From positions 1 through 50,262 of the IMG/VR virus record IMGVR_UViG_3300009181_000109: 50,262 bases of DNA, one strand, 5' to 3'. The stretch is from a virus (taxonomy: Duplodnaviria > Caudoviricetes). Under the pieces are notes generated by a model, which was given only the letters and a program-made list of their open reading frames with translations, made no database searches and had not been told where the DNA came from. Of the stretch, positions 34,823 to 43,176 are shown in pieces; within the stretch, counting starts at the first letter, position 1, and each line of letters opens with the position of its first letter. Made by a program: the position numbers and the translations under genes.

Positions 34823-34855
34823 AAAAAAAAGGAAGCCGAAGCTTCCTTTTTCTTT
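34823..34855. terminator. Bidirectional intrinsic terminator between convergent operons
   Basis: A8-GGAAGC-CGAA-GCTTCC-TTTTTCTTT. Confidence 0.85.
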
Positions 34856-34859
34856 CCTT

Positions 34860-35084
34860 TTAATTTGCGTTGGCGACTGCGAGGTGTAGGTTCGTGAAGT
34901 ACCCACAGAGCCGTGGGTTTCTATCCTTACCCATCTTGTAGACACGCCACATTTTTTGGTTGTAGACAATGTACCTTTCCCCAATGTCAACGAACCGCTC
35001 ATGGTTGACTAGGTCAACCAGTGAGTCATGCTTGTAGACTGTCTTAAGGAACGTAGGATCTGATTGAGTGATGGCCTTGACCAT
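34860..35084 (-). CDS. Hypothetical protein
   Basis: Last gene of early operon; TGATG coupling. Confidence 0.6.
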   Translation of the reverse strand: MVKAITQSDPTFLKTVYKHDSLVDLVNHERFVDIGERYIVYNQKMWRVYKMGKDRNPRLCGYFTNLHLAVANAN

Positions 35085-35329
35085 CAGTGGATATCCTCAG
35101 CAGTTGGATGGTAGAACTTCTCCATGTCATAGATCGTCCCCGCCACGGATATGACCTCTTCCCTTGGTACGTTGTTCGACACGGCAATGGTCATAGCCGC
35201 CTTAAACAACATACTCATGGTACTTTCCCCGTCAAGGGCGTTGTCATGTATCCATTGGACAAGGGACACGTAGGCCACGCCCAAACGCTTGGCCTCATCC
35301 TCTGTCAATTCAGTTACCCTCATGATCAT
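35084..35329 (-). CDS. Hypothetical protein
   Basis: In operon, start uncertain. Confidence 0.55.
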   Translation of the reverse strand: MIMRVTELTEDEAKRLGVAYVSLVQWIHDNALDGESTMSMLFKAAMTIAVSNNVPREEVISVAGTIYDMEKFYHPTAEDIH

Positions 35330-35579
35330 CCCTTTCCATGTAACGCACCAAGGCCTTGGCCTCATCAGTGCCTAGTCTTTCAATGATCTCATACATCTGC
35401 GGGGCTATGCTAATCAAACGGGCGTTGGCACGTTTTGTTGCGGTTGGCATGGATATACGCTCATTCTTTGCGTCACAGTTCACAACCAAAGGCCTACCAT
35501 ATTTTTGTTCGTAGCCCCACACAGTAAGACCCGAACCGCCCAAAGTCCAAGGGTGAGATGTTGTATGTTTAAACATCAT
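35310..35579 (-). CDS. Hypothetical protein, HT.xPW...ANARLI..AP type
   Basis: KHTTSHPW...ANARLISIAPQMYE. Confidence 0.7.
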   Translation of the reverse strand: MMFKHTTSHPWTLGGSGLTVWGYEQKYGRPLVVNCDAKNERISMPTATKRANARLISIAPQMYEIIERLGTDEAKALVRYMERDDHEGN

Positions 35580-35668
35580 GGCCTCCAGTAAAACAAATCA
35601 AGCATTAAAACGATAAGGCCGATGAGCAGTAAGACCCGCTCAAGTTTTTGCCATAGTGTGTGATTCAT
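35576..35668 (-). CDS. 30-aa membrane peptide ending DLFYWRP (not in ORF track)
   Basis: MNHTLWQKLERVLLLIGLIVLMLDLFYWRP*; GAGG RBS, ATGA overlaps on both sides. Confidence 0.65.
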   Translation of the reverse strand: MNHTLWQKLERVLLLIGLIVLMLDLFYWRP

Positions 35669-35946
35669 GGTGTCACCTCAGAATAAAGTCCGTCAATGTC
35701 GCCCGAGTACCCATCGCAGGCATGGTCTTCATCGTTGGGACAGTTACCCCCGCAGTACAGGCAAGGCGGCTTATCAGCCTCATAAACCGAGTCGATAGCC
35801 CAGTCACCGCCCACACCCTGATCTACGGGGATAAATGCCCCCCCGTCCATGTCCTTGGCTATGGCATAGGCTTCATCTTCATTCTCGGCCTCAACGTGTT
35901 CATAGAAGTACGTTGTCAGCTTTGCAACTACTTTGTAGGTTTTCAT
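35665..35946 (-). CDS. DpnD/PcfM-like small acidic protein with Cys/His tail
   Basis: MKTYKV...VEAENEDEA...; CLYCGGNC...HAC. Confidence 0.6.
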   Translation of the reverse strand: MKTYKVVAKLTTYFYEHVEAENEDEAYAIAKDMDGGAFIPVDQGVGGDWAIDSVYEADKPPCLYCGGNCPNDEDHACDGYSGDIDGLYSEVTP

Positions 35947-36110
35947 TTGATCTCCTCTGTACTGTCAATTTGCCAATCAATGTGATTGCTATCGATAAAC
36001 TCTGACCCGTCCATGGCGAGAGCCTTATCCCATACCTCCTCATCATCTGCGGCCTCGATAAAGGCGTAGTGGTACGTGATGTTCTTTGCCCATACCTTGT
36101 AGGTTTTCAT
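35943..36110 (-). CDS. DpnD/PcfM-like small acidic protein (paralogue)
   Basis: MKTYKV...IEAADDEE...MDG..FI...DW.IDS. Confidence 0.6.
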   Translation of the reverse strand: MKTYKVWAKNITYHYAFIEAADDEEVWDKALAMDGSEFIDSNHIDWQIDSTEEIK

Positions 36111-36406
36111 GATGCGTCCCTCAAGGCCTGTAGGTAGCCCTGTACCCATACCCTACGGTCATCGTCTGATAGGCTAGACTCACCCACAATACAGTCACTC
36201 TCCCACTTGTAGAAGGCCTCATTGGCCTTTGACCAAGGGGTTTGTGTAGAAACGCCACAGAACACCGCCTTGGTTTCCTCATAGGTGTACACCGCCTCAG
36301 CCGCCTCGTAGGTGTCCCACAGGTTGTCACCATTGGCATCACAGATGTAGTCACCGCCATCCTTTTGCACCATGTACCCGTCATTTGTTTTGATAATCTC
36401 AAGCAT
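36107..36406 (-). CDS. Hypothetical protein
   Basis: GGAG RBS, coupled. Confidence 0.6.
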   Translation of the reverse strand: MLEIIKTNDGYMVQKDGGDYICDANGDNLWDTYEAAEAVYTYEETKAVFCGVSTQTPWSKANEAFYKWESDCIVGESSLSDDDRRVWVQGYLQALRDAS

Positions 36407-36569
36407 TTGTTTTCTCCCGTTTAAACGTAGTCATCCAGTGAAGTACTGCGGTCTTTGCCTCAGCACGGGTCAGGCCAAACTCCCGCTCCAAGTACTTGCC
36501 TGAGTGCATCATGTTGATGCGGCCACTGGCACGTAACTTGGTCAGGTATGCGTAGATCTTTTCGTTCAT
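36399..36569 (-). CDS. Conserved small phage protein, 56 aa (not in ORF track)
   Basis: YLTKLRASGRINMMHSGKYLEREFGL.R.EA...LHWM. Confidence 0.65.
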   Translation of the reverse strand: MNEKIYAYLTKLRASGRINMMHSGKYLEREFGLTRAEAKTAVLHWMTTFKREKTNA

Positions 36570-36579
36570 GATCATCCCC

Positions 36580-36819
36580 TCAATCTAAGGTTGGCTCGAA
36601 CATAGGTGCAGTCCAACCGCTACCATCTTTTGCTCGGAGGTTTTTAAGGGTGATGTAGTACTCATGCACGATGTCACCCTCTCTGTTGTAGACGGCAAGG
36701 TTCAGCACCTTATCGTGGTCAATGAATGCCTCCACGTACCCGTTGCTCTTGCCGATGTTGATCACCGCAGAGCCAAAGATGTTGTCCAGTGTGTCCACTG
36801 TTAATTTAATGTTGCTCAT
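36580..36819 (-). CDS. Hypothetical protein
   Basis: AGGAG RBS. Confidence 0.6.
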   Translation of the reverse strand: MSNIKLTVDTLDNIFGSAVINIGKSNGYVEAFIDHDKVLNLAVYNREGDIVHEYYITLKNLRAKDGSGWTAPMFEPTLD

Positions 36820-37061
36820 TTGCTCTCTCCTGTGTTTAAACGTATTGTTTTAATGACTGCCATAACCTCATCGACTGACGGGGCGGCAAAGTTCTTATCA
36901 AATAACTTCCATGCCTCACAGACGGGGCAACCCGCCTCATAGTGATCACAGGGTTCGCCCCATGTATCCACTTGCTTGGTCACCACGTTGACCAATTTAT
37001 TGGTGCGTGGGCGGTTGAAATTGCCACGGATGGCACGGGGATCGTTGGGCATAATTACCAT
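36816..37061 (-). CDS. Hypothetical Cys-containing protein
   Basis: WGEPCDHYEAGCPVCEAW; AGGAG RBS. Confidence 0.65.
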   Translation of the reverse strand: MVIMPNDPRAIRGNFNRPRTNKLVNVVTKQVDTWGEPCDHYEAGCPVCEAWKLFDKNFAAPSVDEVMAVIKTIRLNTGESK

Positions 37062-37111
37062 GGTTTCTCTCCTATCAACTGGTTTCTTTTAAGGGTGAGG
37101 GGTAACCCCCC

Positions 37112-37765
37112 TCAGGCGGCAAGCTTCAGCTTGTTGAATGCAACCGTGCCTAGATCCTCAAGCTTGTCTACTCGCACGGCATTGGGGTAGACATGGGACA
37201 CGTTCTCTTGAATGCCGATGCCTATGGTTGTGATGCCAAGGCGTGAGCCTGACAGGCATTGTTCACGGGTTGCCGTGGGGCTACCCTCGCCATCGGTCAA
37301 TACGAAGCAGACCTTACGTGCCTCAGTCCTACGGTGTAACAGGCCATGGGCAAAGTTGACAGCGGCATAATCGTTTGTGCCGCCCGATGCATCAATGGCC
37401 TCAAGCATCTGCTTGGTCTTTTGGTAGGGCATGTTCCACGGTTTAAGGATGGACACGATACCTGAGAACGTCACCACAGAGGTGGCGACACCCGCCTGTG
37501 AGAGGGTAGTCAGCAAGGCGTAGCAGACGTTGACTGCATTCTGCATACGCTCACCGTCCATCGATCCTGAGCAGTCGATCACAACGGTCACGGCTGAGTC
37601 AGTACCTGCAACCTCAGACCTGCGTTTAAACAGGCGGTCAGTGTGGCCGATGTTGGCTAAGGCGTTCACGTTGAGTGAACCCTGTTTGCGGTTGATGTTG
37701 AATTCCTCAGTACCTGAGTTTTCAAACATCTTACGGATCTCGAAACGAAGTTTTGCGGGGATCAT
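37112..37765 (-). CDS. VWA domain protein (CobT/NorD C-terminal-like)
   Basis: MIDAS DCSGS, GGT.D, LTDG. Confidence 0.85.
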   Translation of the reverse strand: MIPAKLRFEIRKMFENSGTEEFNINRKQGSLNVNALANIGHTDRLFKRRSEVAGTDSAVTVVIDCSGSMDGERMQNAVNVCYALLTTLSQAGVATSVVTFSGIVSILKPWNMPYQKTKQMLEAIDASGGTNDYAAVNFAHGLLHRRTEARKVCFVLTDGEGSPTATREQCLSGSRLGITTIGIGIQENVSHVYPNAVRVDKLEDLGTVAFNKLKLAA

Positions 37766-37774
37766 GTTGTTTCC

Positions 37775-38779
37775 TTAAACAGTGACTGTCCACTTGCGGT
37801 TACCTAAGTGGTAACCGTTCTCTTTGATTGACCACTCACCAGTTGAGCCGCCCGACTTGGAGGACTCACCGACATCAGCGGTTGGCTCAGTCGAGCGGGG
37901 CTTGACAATGGTCTTGTGCTTTGCACCATTGGGCTTCTCTTTAACGTCCTTTACAGGCGACTTGGCATCACCTACGTCCTCACCCTCATCACCCTCATCA
38001 GCGGGGCTTGTAGGGGGCTTACCGCCCTTTGTAGGGCCATCCTCATCACCGCCCTCATCGGGGTTGTCGCCATCGGGTTGATCACTAGGCTCATCAGTCG
38101 GGTTAGTGGGATTAGTTGGGGGTTGCACGGGCGGCTCAGGTTGGACGGGAGGTTGAACGGGCAACTCATTGCACAACTGAGCAAACAACCACACTGCCAA
38201 GTCCCATGTATCACGGGTAGATTGGCACTTGTTTAAACGCACACAAGCTTCATCGAAGATGGGCTTCAGACCCTTAGCCAATGGCACAACTACAGTGCCA
38301 TGTTTACGTGCGTAGACTGCAAGGGCAAAGGGGTACTGACGGGGGTCAGACCAATCTTTAACCTCGGCCAACCCCTCAGCGGCCATGCCATCGATCAGCA
38401 CGGTGAGCAAGTGTTCGACATTGCCTGTCAACTTGTTTTGGATGGCGGTGTTCTCAATGAACGCATCTTCAAGGGCATTGTGCAACTGGAGCAAGTAGCT
38501 GACCTGAGCGGTGTCGATGGCATTGAAGTTGGTGTACTTCCAGTGCAAGAGTTCATGCAGGGCGAAGCCTGTGAACCGTTCAAGATCTTGGCGGGTCAGC
38601 ACTGCATCATCCGCAATGTTGGTGATGTAGATCTGACCCTGACGGTTGATGGCCGCTGTAGGGATGTCGGCACTGAAGGTCACCTTGACAGAGCCGAGGC
38701 CGAGGTCAGAGGCGATCTTGTGAATGGCGGCTGTAAGAGCGGGTTTGAATTCCCATCCGAAGTATTTTGATTTTGTCAT
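37775..38779 (-). CDS. CobT N-terminal-like metallopeptidase domain with Pro/acidic linker
   Basis: GFALHELLH..YT, NALED.FIE, followed by low-complexity acidic tail. Confidence 0.75.
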   Translation of the reverse strand: MTKSKYFGWEFKPALTAAIHKIASDLGLGSVKVTFSADIPTAAINRQGQIYITNIADDAVLTRQDLERFTGFALHELLHWKYTNFNAIDTAQVSYLLQLHNALEDAFIENTAIQNKLTGNVEHLLTVLIDGMAAEGLAEVKDWSDPRQYPFALAVYARKHGTVVVPLAKGLKPIFDEACVRLNKCQSTRDTWDLAVWLFAQLCNELPVQPPVQPEPPVQPPTNPTNPTDEPSDQPDGDNPDEGGDEDGPTKGGKPPTSPADEGDEGEDVGDAKSPVKDVKEKPNGAKHKTIVKPRSTEPTADVGESSKSGGSTGEWSIKENGYHLGNRKWTVTV

Positions 38780-38787
38780 GATGATCC

Positions 38788-40215
38788 TTAAAGCCAAGTG
38801 GCTATGTCGTGTTTGTTGATGTAAGCGGCCTTGATAGCGTCAAGGGCGGCACGGGACTCAGCGGGTTGCCGAGCGGTAATGGCAGAGTGCCAAGCTTGAT
38901 CCACAGAGAGGACGGACAGTCCCCGAATGAACGCAAGCGCAGAGCGGATCGATGGGGCATCGATGATGTCACCAGTGTCAACCTTGGCACGGGCGGCATT
39001 GATTGCATTGACAACGTGCAAGGCCAACTTAGGATGGCAAGCAGTGTGACGGACAATGGCCTCAACCTCTTGGTCACGGGGTAGGAATTCAAACTGGACG
39101 ACATGGGAAAACCTGTCTGCCAATGAGGAATTCATCTGTCTAGTACCCGCATAGCGGCCTGTGGAGTCACCGTTGGTCAGGGTATTGTCAGCGGCAAACA
39201 CTAGGACACCTTGTGCTCTGCGCTGAGGAGAACCCCCGATGTTGACTGCACTGTTCACTTCTAGCAGACCATTGAGGGGGGCAAGTTCACCCGCATCACA
39301 ATTGGAAATTTCATCCAACAAAATGACGGTTGAAGGGGCGGTAAAGGCGGTAAGGAATGCACCACGTTTAAACACCGTAGCACCGTTCTCTAAGCCAACC
39401 GAGCCGATGTAGTCCTCAGTGGTTGTGTACTTATGGAAATTAATACGGGTGAACGAACGTCCAGTGTTAGCGGCAAACTGCTTGGCCGTTTCACTCTTGC
39501 CTGTACCCTTTTCGCCTCCGAACCACAGGTTCTCACCCTTGTCCTGAGCCAACAAGAGGTAGGCCAAGATGGCCTCAGACCATACAAAATTGGGATCAAT
39601 TTGAGGGGCATCGGGGGAATTCCATATGTCCACGTAGACTTGCTTACCACTGGTATCAAGTACATCGACACCGAAGACATCAAGCACGGTCTTGCGGTCA
39701 ATCACCGTAGCAACCGTAGCATTGGCAATTGCACCCTGTGCACCCGCATCAATGACGGACTGTTTAAACGGGGCAAAGGCCTTGGCAATGGCGGAGGCGA
39801 CATCAGCGGCAACCTTTGAATCGTCAACCATTGAGGCGGCTTGCATCTTGGCAATCTGATCAATGGCAACCTCAGAGGCGGCAAGCTTTTGAACCATCAG
39901 GGTCACCGCTGATTCAACCGCACGGGTAGCGTCAAGACCTTGCAAGGCGTAGCCATGGGCACGGTTGGCAACGGCTTCTAAGGCATCGACACGGGCGGTG
40001 TCAATGGTCATGGGTGCATTGACCACAGGCGTGGCATTCTGCACTTGGTCAAAGGTCAGTTTGCCATTGTCGATCTGCTCGACAAGCCAATTGACACGGT
40101 CAATCTTGGTGCTGAGGTTGGACGGTGCACCGTGTGCAGTAGTAGCACCGACAATTTTCCCAATGGGGATAGACAGCAAGCGGTCTTTGAGGGTAAGGGG
40201 TTTGTTCATTTTCAT
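38788..40215 (-). CDS. MoxR-family AAA+ ATPase (CbbQ/NirQ/CobS-like)
   Basis: GEKGTGKS, ILLDE, ADNT.....GRYAGT, LADRF, SIR. Confidence 0.88.
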   Translation of the reverse strand: MKMNKPLTLKDRLLSIPIGKIVGATTAHGAPSNLSTKIDRVNWLVEQIDNGKLTFDQVQNATPVVNAPMTIDTARVDALEAVANRAHGYALQGLDATRAVESAVTLMVQKLAASEVAIDQIAKMQAASMVDDSKVAADVASAIAKAFAPFKQSVIDAGAQGAIANATVATVIDRKTVLDVFGVDVLDTSGKQVYVDIWNSPDAPQIDPNFVWSEAILAYLLLAQDKGENLWFGGEKGTGKSETAKQFAANTGRSFTRINFHKYTTTEDYIGSVGLENGATVFKRGAFLTAFTAPSTVILLDEISNCDAGELAPLNGLLEVNSAVNIGGSPQRRAQGVLVFAADNTLTNGDSTGRYAGTRQMNSSLADRFSHVVQFEFLPRDQEVEAIVRHTACHPKLALHVVNAINAARAKVDTGDIIDAPSIRSALAFIRGLSVLSVDQAWHSAITARQPAESRAALDAIKAAYINKHDIATWL

Positions 40216-40233
40216 TCTCTCTGTTTAAACGGG

Positions 40234-40848
40234 TCAGGCAAGGGCGAATGTGTCACCGCATCTGCAAGTGGGCAACTCAACATCACCATGGGAGTTGTAG
40301 ACCCACTTGGATGTCATGCGAATACTGCATTGGCATGTCGGGCACTTGGCAAGCAACATGCGAGTGCCTTGGCTTTTATGGATTGAAATGTCAACCTTAC
40401 CGTGAGGGTAGACACCCAGTGAATCGATGATGTCCTGATAGGCCATGTCGAAAGCCGATGCATGGGTCACCTCTTTGTAGGGGTTGGATGCAGTGCCATC
40501 AGGCAGAATGTGCAAGGCCTCGGCAACCTTGGCATAGGCAAGGTTTGTCACCGCATAAGCACCCTTGGCCGTGCGGCACAACTGGGCAACCAATGTCTCG
40601 GTCACCTTAGAGGGGTCAGAGAGAATGGGGGAAATGTAAATTTCCCAATGACCATCAGCAGAATTGGTATTGGGGATGCACTCGCCAAGCACCTTGAAGC
40701 CTGAGCGTTTTGCATTGGTAGGGTAGCCGCAAGCTACCCGAATTTCAGCGGGTAGGGTGTAGCCACGGGAAGAAAAGAACGAACGCAATTCGTCCACACA
40801 AGCGTGTTGCCACGCCTCACGGTTGGCATGAATGATGGGAAGGGTCAT
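40234..40848 (-). CDS. SprT-like protein lacking HExxH, C-terminal zinc ribbon
   Basis: REAW, LGEC, EIYISP, KSQGTRML..CPTC...W...PTC.CG; AQLCR at the expected HExxH position. Confidence 0.6.
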   Translation of the reverse strand: MTLPIIHANREAWQHACVDELRSFFSSRGYTLPAEIRVACGYPTNAKRSGFKVLGECIPNTNSADGHWEIYISPILSDPSKVTETLVAQLCRTAKGAYAVTNLAYAKVAEALHILPDGTASNPYKEVTHASAFDMAYQDIIDSLGVYPHGKVDISIHKSQGTRMLLAKCPTCQCSIRMTSKWVYNSHGDVELPTCRCGDTFALA

Positions 40849-40918
40849 GGTTTATCTCCAAAACGTAGGAAAATTCCTACTGCAATACCCCCGTGCAAGG
40901 GGGCATCACAGTCAAAAC

Positions 40919-41158
40919 TCAATTCCAAATTTGCCAAGTGGCATCCTCGGGCTTGACATCAAAATCAGAGTGATACACCCTTACCTTGTTGCCGTTGGCC
41001 GTGATGTAGCCCCATTGGCCGTCCTCATAAACACCCGAGGGGTCAGACTCTAGGGTGATGGTGCGAGTCACCTCGCAAAAATCGTTGCGTACAGTCGGCA
41101 ACTTAAACCCAAAATGCTTGCGGTTGTCCCGCCAAGTCACAAGTATTTTTGCTCTCAT
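40919..41158 (-). CDS. Early hypothetical protein
   Basis: AGAAAGGA RBS before ATG 41158. Confidence 0.6.
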   Translation of the reverse strand: MRAKILVTWRDNRKHFGFKLPTVRNDFCEVTRTITLESDPSGVYEDGQWGYITANGNKVRVYHSDFDVKPEDATWQIWN

Positions 41159-41227
41159 GATGTCCTTTCTAAGGTAGTGCGAACTAGCACTGCAATGCAC
41201 CCTTGCAAGGTGCATCACGCTGACAGT

Positions 41228-41419
41228 TCAATCCTCGGTGTCGAGGGGTTGGCCGTTGGAACGTGTATGCCAACGGGCGGGTTGCTCAGAGGGGCGGTTG
41301 ACCTTGCGGTTAAGGCAATCGTTATACGTGCCCCAACAAAAGATCTGATAGCCTGAGCGTTCTACTTCACCTCGGCAAACAATGATGTTGCCGTGGCGGT
41401 CAATCTGCGCTGTATACAT
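41228..41419 (-). CDS. Early hypothetical protein
   Basis: GGGAGA RBS; MYTAQIDRHGNIIVC. Confidence 0.65.
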   Translation of the reverse strand: MYTAQIDRHGNIIVCRGEVERSGYQIFCWGTYNDCLNRKVNRPSEQPARWHTRSNGQPLDTED

Positions 41420-41421
41420 GT

Positions 41422-41577
41422 TTATTCTCCCAAAAAGTAAAAAACAAGGGAGGCAACCAAGGATGCAATTGCTACCCAAAAGAACAGCAGTGACTCACTG
41501 CCTAAGGCCAAAGCGCTGATCAAGAACCCAATCATGCAGACCAAGGTCTTGAAAACGTAGAACTGATAAATTTTCAT
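41422..41577 (-). CDS. Early two-TM membrane peptide
   Basis: GGAG RBS; two hydrophobic segments. Confidence 0.6.
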   Translation of the reverse strand: MKIYQFYVFKTLVCMIGFLISALALGSESLLFFWVAIASLVASLVFYFLGE

Positions 41578-41638
41578 AGTGTCTCCAGTAGAAGTGCGAA
41601 CTAGCACTGATATGCCCTAGGGGCATACCGCTGATAGC

Positions 41639-41833
41639 TTAAGAAACCTTGGCAATCACGCCATCTTTCATGGTGACCTGAGCAAACCACTTGCGTGATG
41701 GGCTACCGTCTGCCACGCAAAATGAACCGTTTTCTTTAAATTCAAGACCGAAAAATGAAGTCTCGGTGTAACGTAATGGCTTGCCGATTGATTCTTTGAG
41801 AGCCTTTTTTGAAGGGTAGAAAGCTTGTAACAT
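41639..41833 (-). CDS. First gene of early operon, hypothetical
   Basis: YPSKKALKESIGKPLRY.ETS.FG.E...RKWFAQVTM.DG.I.KV; AAGGA RBS. Confidence 0.75.
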   Translation of the reverse strand: MLQAFYPSKKALKESIGKPLRYTETSFFGLEFKENGSFCVADGSPSRKWFAQVTMKDGVIAKVS

Positions 41834-42279
41834 TTTTGTTCCTTAGGTTGTAGTGCAAAGAGCGCACTCCGTAGCCCACAGGGCTACAGACTAAACTCTT
41901 TAGTCACCATTAGTACGATCACTAATGATGGTGAAAAGTTATTAGTCGCACTACTCACTGTAATTTTCCCATCACGGGTCAGTGGATCAAAGCGGTCAAC
42001 TTGCGTGTAAACACTAGTGCTTACAAGTGGTTCAACGCTAGTGTAACTGTATTGGTTGACAAGAGACTACAAGTATTTTCATAGGGACAAACCCTGTGTA
42101 ATCACAAGTACTCACTTTGAGGCCAAAGTAATACTCGGTCAAAAAGTATTAAAAACCTCTCAGAACGCCTCAGGATCGTTCAAAACGGGTTGGGGTAGGG
42201 TAGGGTAGCCACTTTGCAAAACGGACGCTCCTAGACCCCTTAAAATCGATTCTAGAGGCCAAAGGGTAAACCCTTATTT

Positions 42280-42417
42280 TGTGGATAACTACCCCTGTTT
42301 TGTTCACAAAAAATGTGGATAACTTTCCGACTGCTGTGGATAACGTGGGTAAACCCTAACTGCACCAAAATGAATAACCTGTGGATAACTTTTGTACTTA
42401 TCCACAGGCTTGGATAA
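42280..42417. promoter_or_regulatory. DnaA-box cluster
   Basis: TGTGGATAA at 42280, 42314, 42335, 42380; TTATCCACA at 42398; degenerate copies at 42300, 42344, 42409. Confidence 0.85.
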
Positions 42418-42507
42418 CCTGTTAGTAACATATAATACGAACAGTGCATGAAATGGACTAGGTGTCTATAATGTAGACGGATCAGTCACAAAATGGAGGG
42501 ATCGATC

Positions 42508-43176
42508 ATGGGGAAGACTAGCAAGGCTGAGTATCAGGCGGCAATAGCCGAGGCGGGTGATCAATGGGATGGTTTAAACGCAGACAACATGAGCGAAGCG
42601 GAACGGACAGCGGATGCCCTAGTAAAGAATGCACCTAAACCAAGGAAGAGAGTAGATGGATTACCAGTGGCAAGTGAACATAAGAGAAGCAATGCCTTAA
42701 CAGAGAATCAGCAACTCTTCACAATCGGGGTTATCAGAGGGCAAAGCCTAAGGTCAACATACAGAGAGGCCTTTAAGAATTACACAGGATCAGATGCCTC
42801 TATATCGGCAAGTGCCAATAAACTCATGAAAGACCCGAGGGTTCAACAGGCTCTTAAAGAGGCATGGGGGGAAACCATAGAACACCTATCAGAAGACGTT
42901 GCCGCAAGTAAGAGGTATGTGTTGAAGGGGTTGTTAGCACTAAGCAAGGACGCTCAGTCAGAGCAGTCACGTATCAGAGCCTTAGAACTAATGGGCAAGG
43001 CCTGTGGCCTGTTCGCACCGTCAGAGGTAATCGACAAAGCAGTGGTAAGCGCAGAGCAATTGAAGCGGGAACTGTCAGGACATATGAAGCTGATGGAGCA
43101 AGGCAAAGCCAATGTGCTAGACGTAGAGGCTAAGAGCATGACCCGTTTAAACAGCACTCCAGAGCCAGATGCCTAG
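42508..43176 (+). CDS. terS: Terminase small subunit
   Basis: LTENQQLF...YREAF...ASANKLMKDPRV, RIRALELMGKA.GLF; GGAGG RBS; upstream of TerL. Confidence 0.75.
   Translation: MGKTSKAEYQAAIAEAGDQWDGLNADNMSEAERTADALVKNAPKPRKRVDGLPVASEHKRSNALTENQQLFTIGVIRGQSLRSTYREAFKNYTGSDASISASANKLMKDPRVQQALKEAWGETIEHLSEDVAASKRYVLKGLLALSKDAQSEQSRIRALELMGKACGLFAPSEVIDKAVVSAEQLKRELSGHMKLMEQGKANVLDVEAKSMTRLNSTPEPDA

Larger units (their letters stand above)
40865..41901 (-). repeat. Four copies of a covarying double-hairpin RNA element (40865-40920, 41176-41229, 41593-41639, 41852-41901)
   Basis: Each is a long stem with G-U pairs valid on the minus strand plus an overlapping short hairpin just before an RBS. Confidence 0.75.

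Noticed and set aside
37096-37114. Hairpin TGAGGGG/CCCCTCA after the VWA gene as a terminator
   Set aside because: No U-tract on the coding strand; may only stabilise the mRNA
40865-41901. Early-region hairpins as integron attC sites or intrinsic terminators
   Set aside because: No RYYYAAC/GTTRRRY ends, no integrase and no U-tracts; G-U pairing points to RNA-level function
41995-42060. Long imperfect inverted repeat GTCAAC...ACACTAGTG...CGCTAGTGT...GTTGAC upstream of the early operon
   Set aside because: Single copy with many mismatches; I could not assign a promoter or function with confidence
42252-42449. 65-aa minus-strand ORF across the DnaA boxes
   Set aside because: Its VIH repeats are just translations of the boxes; no RBS
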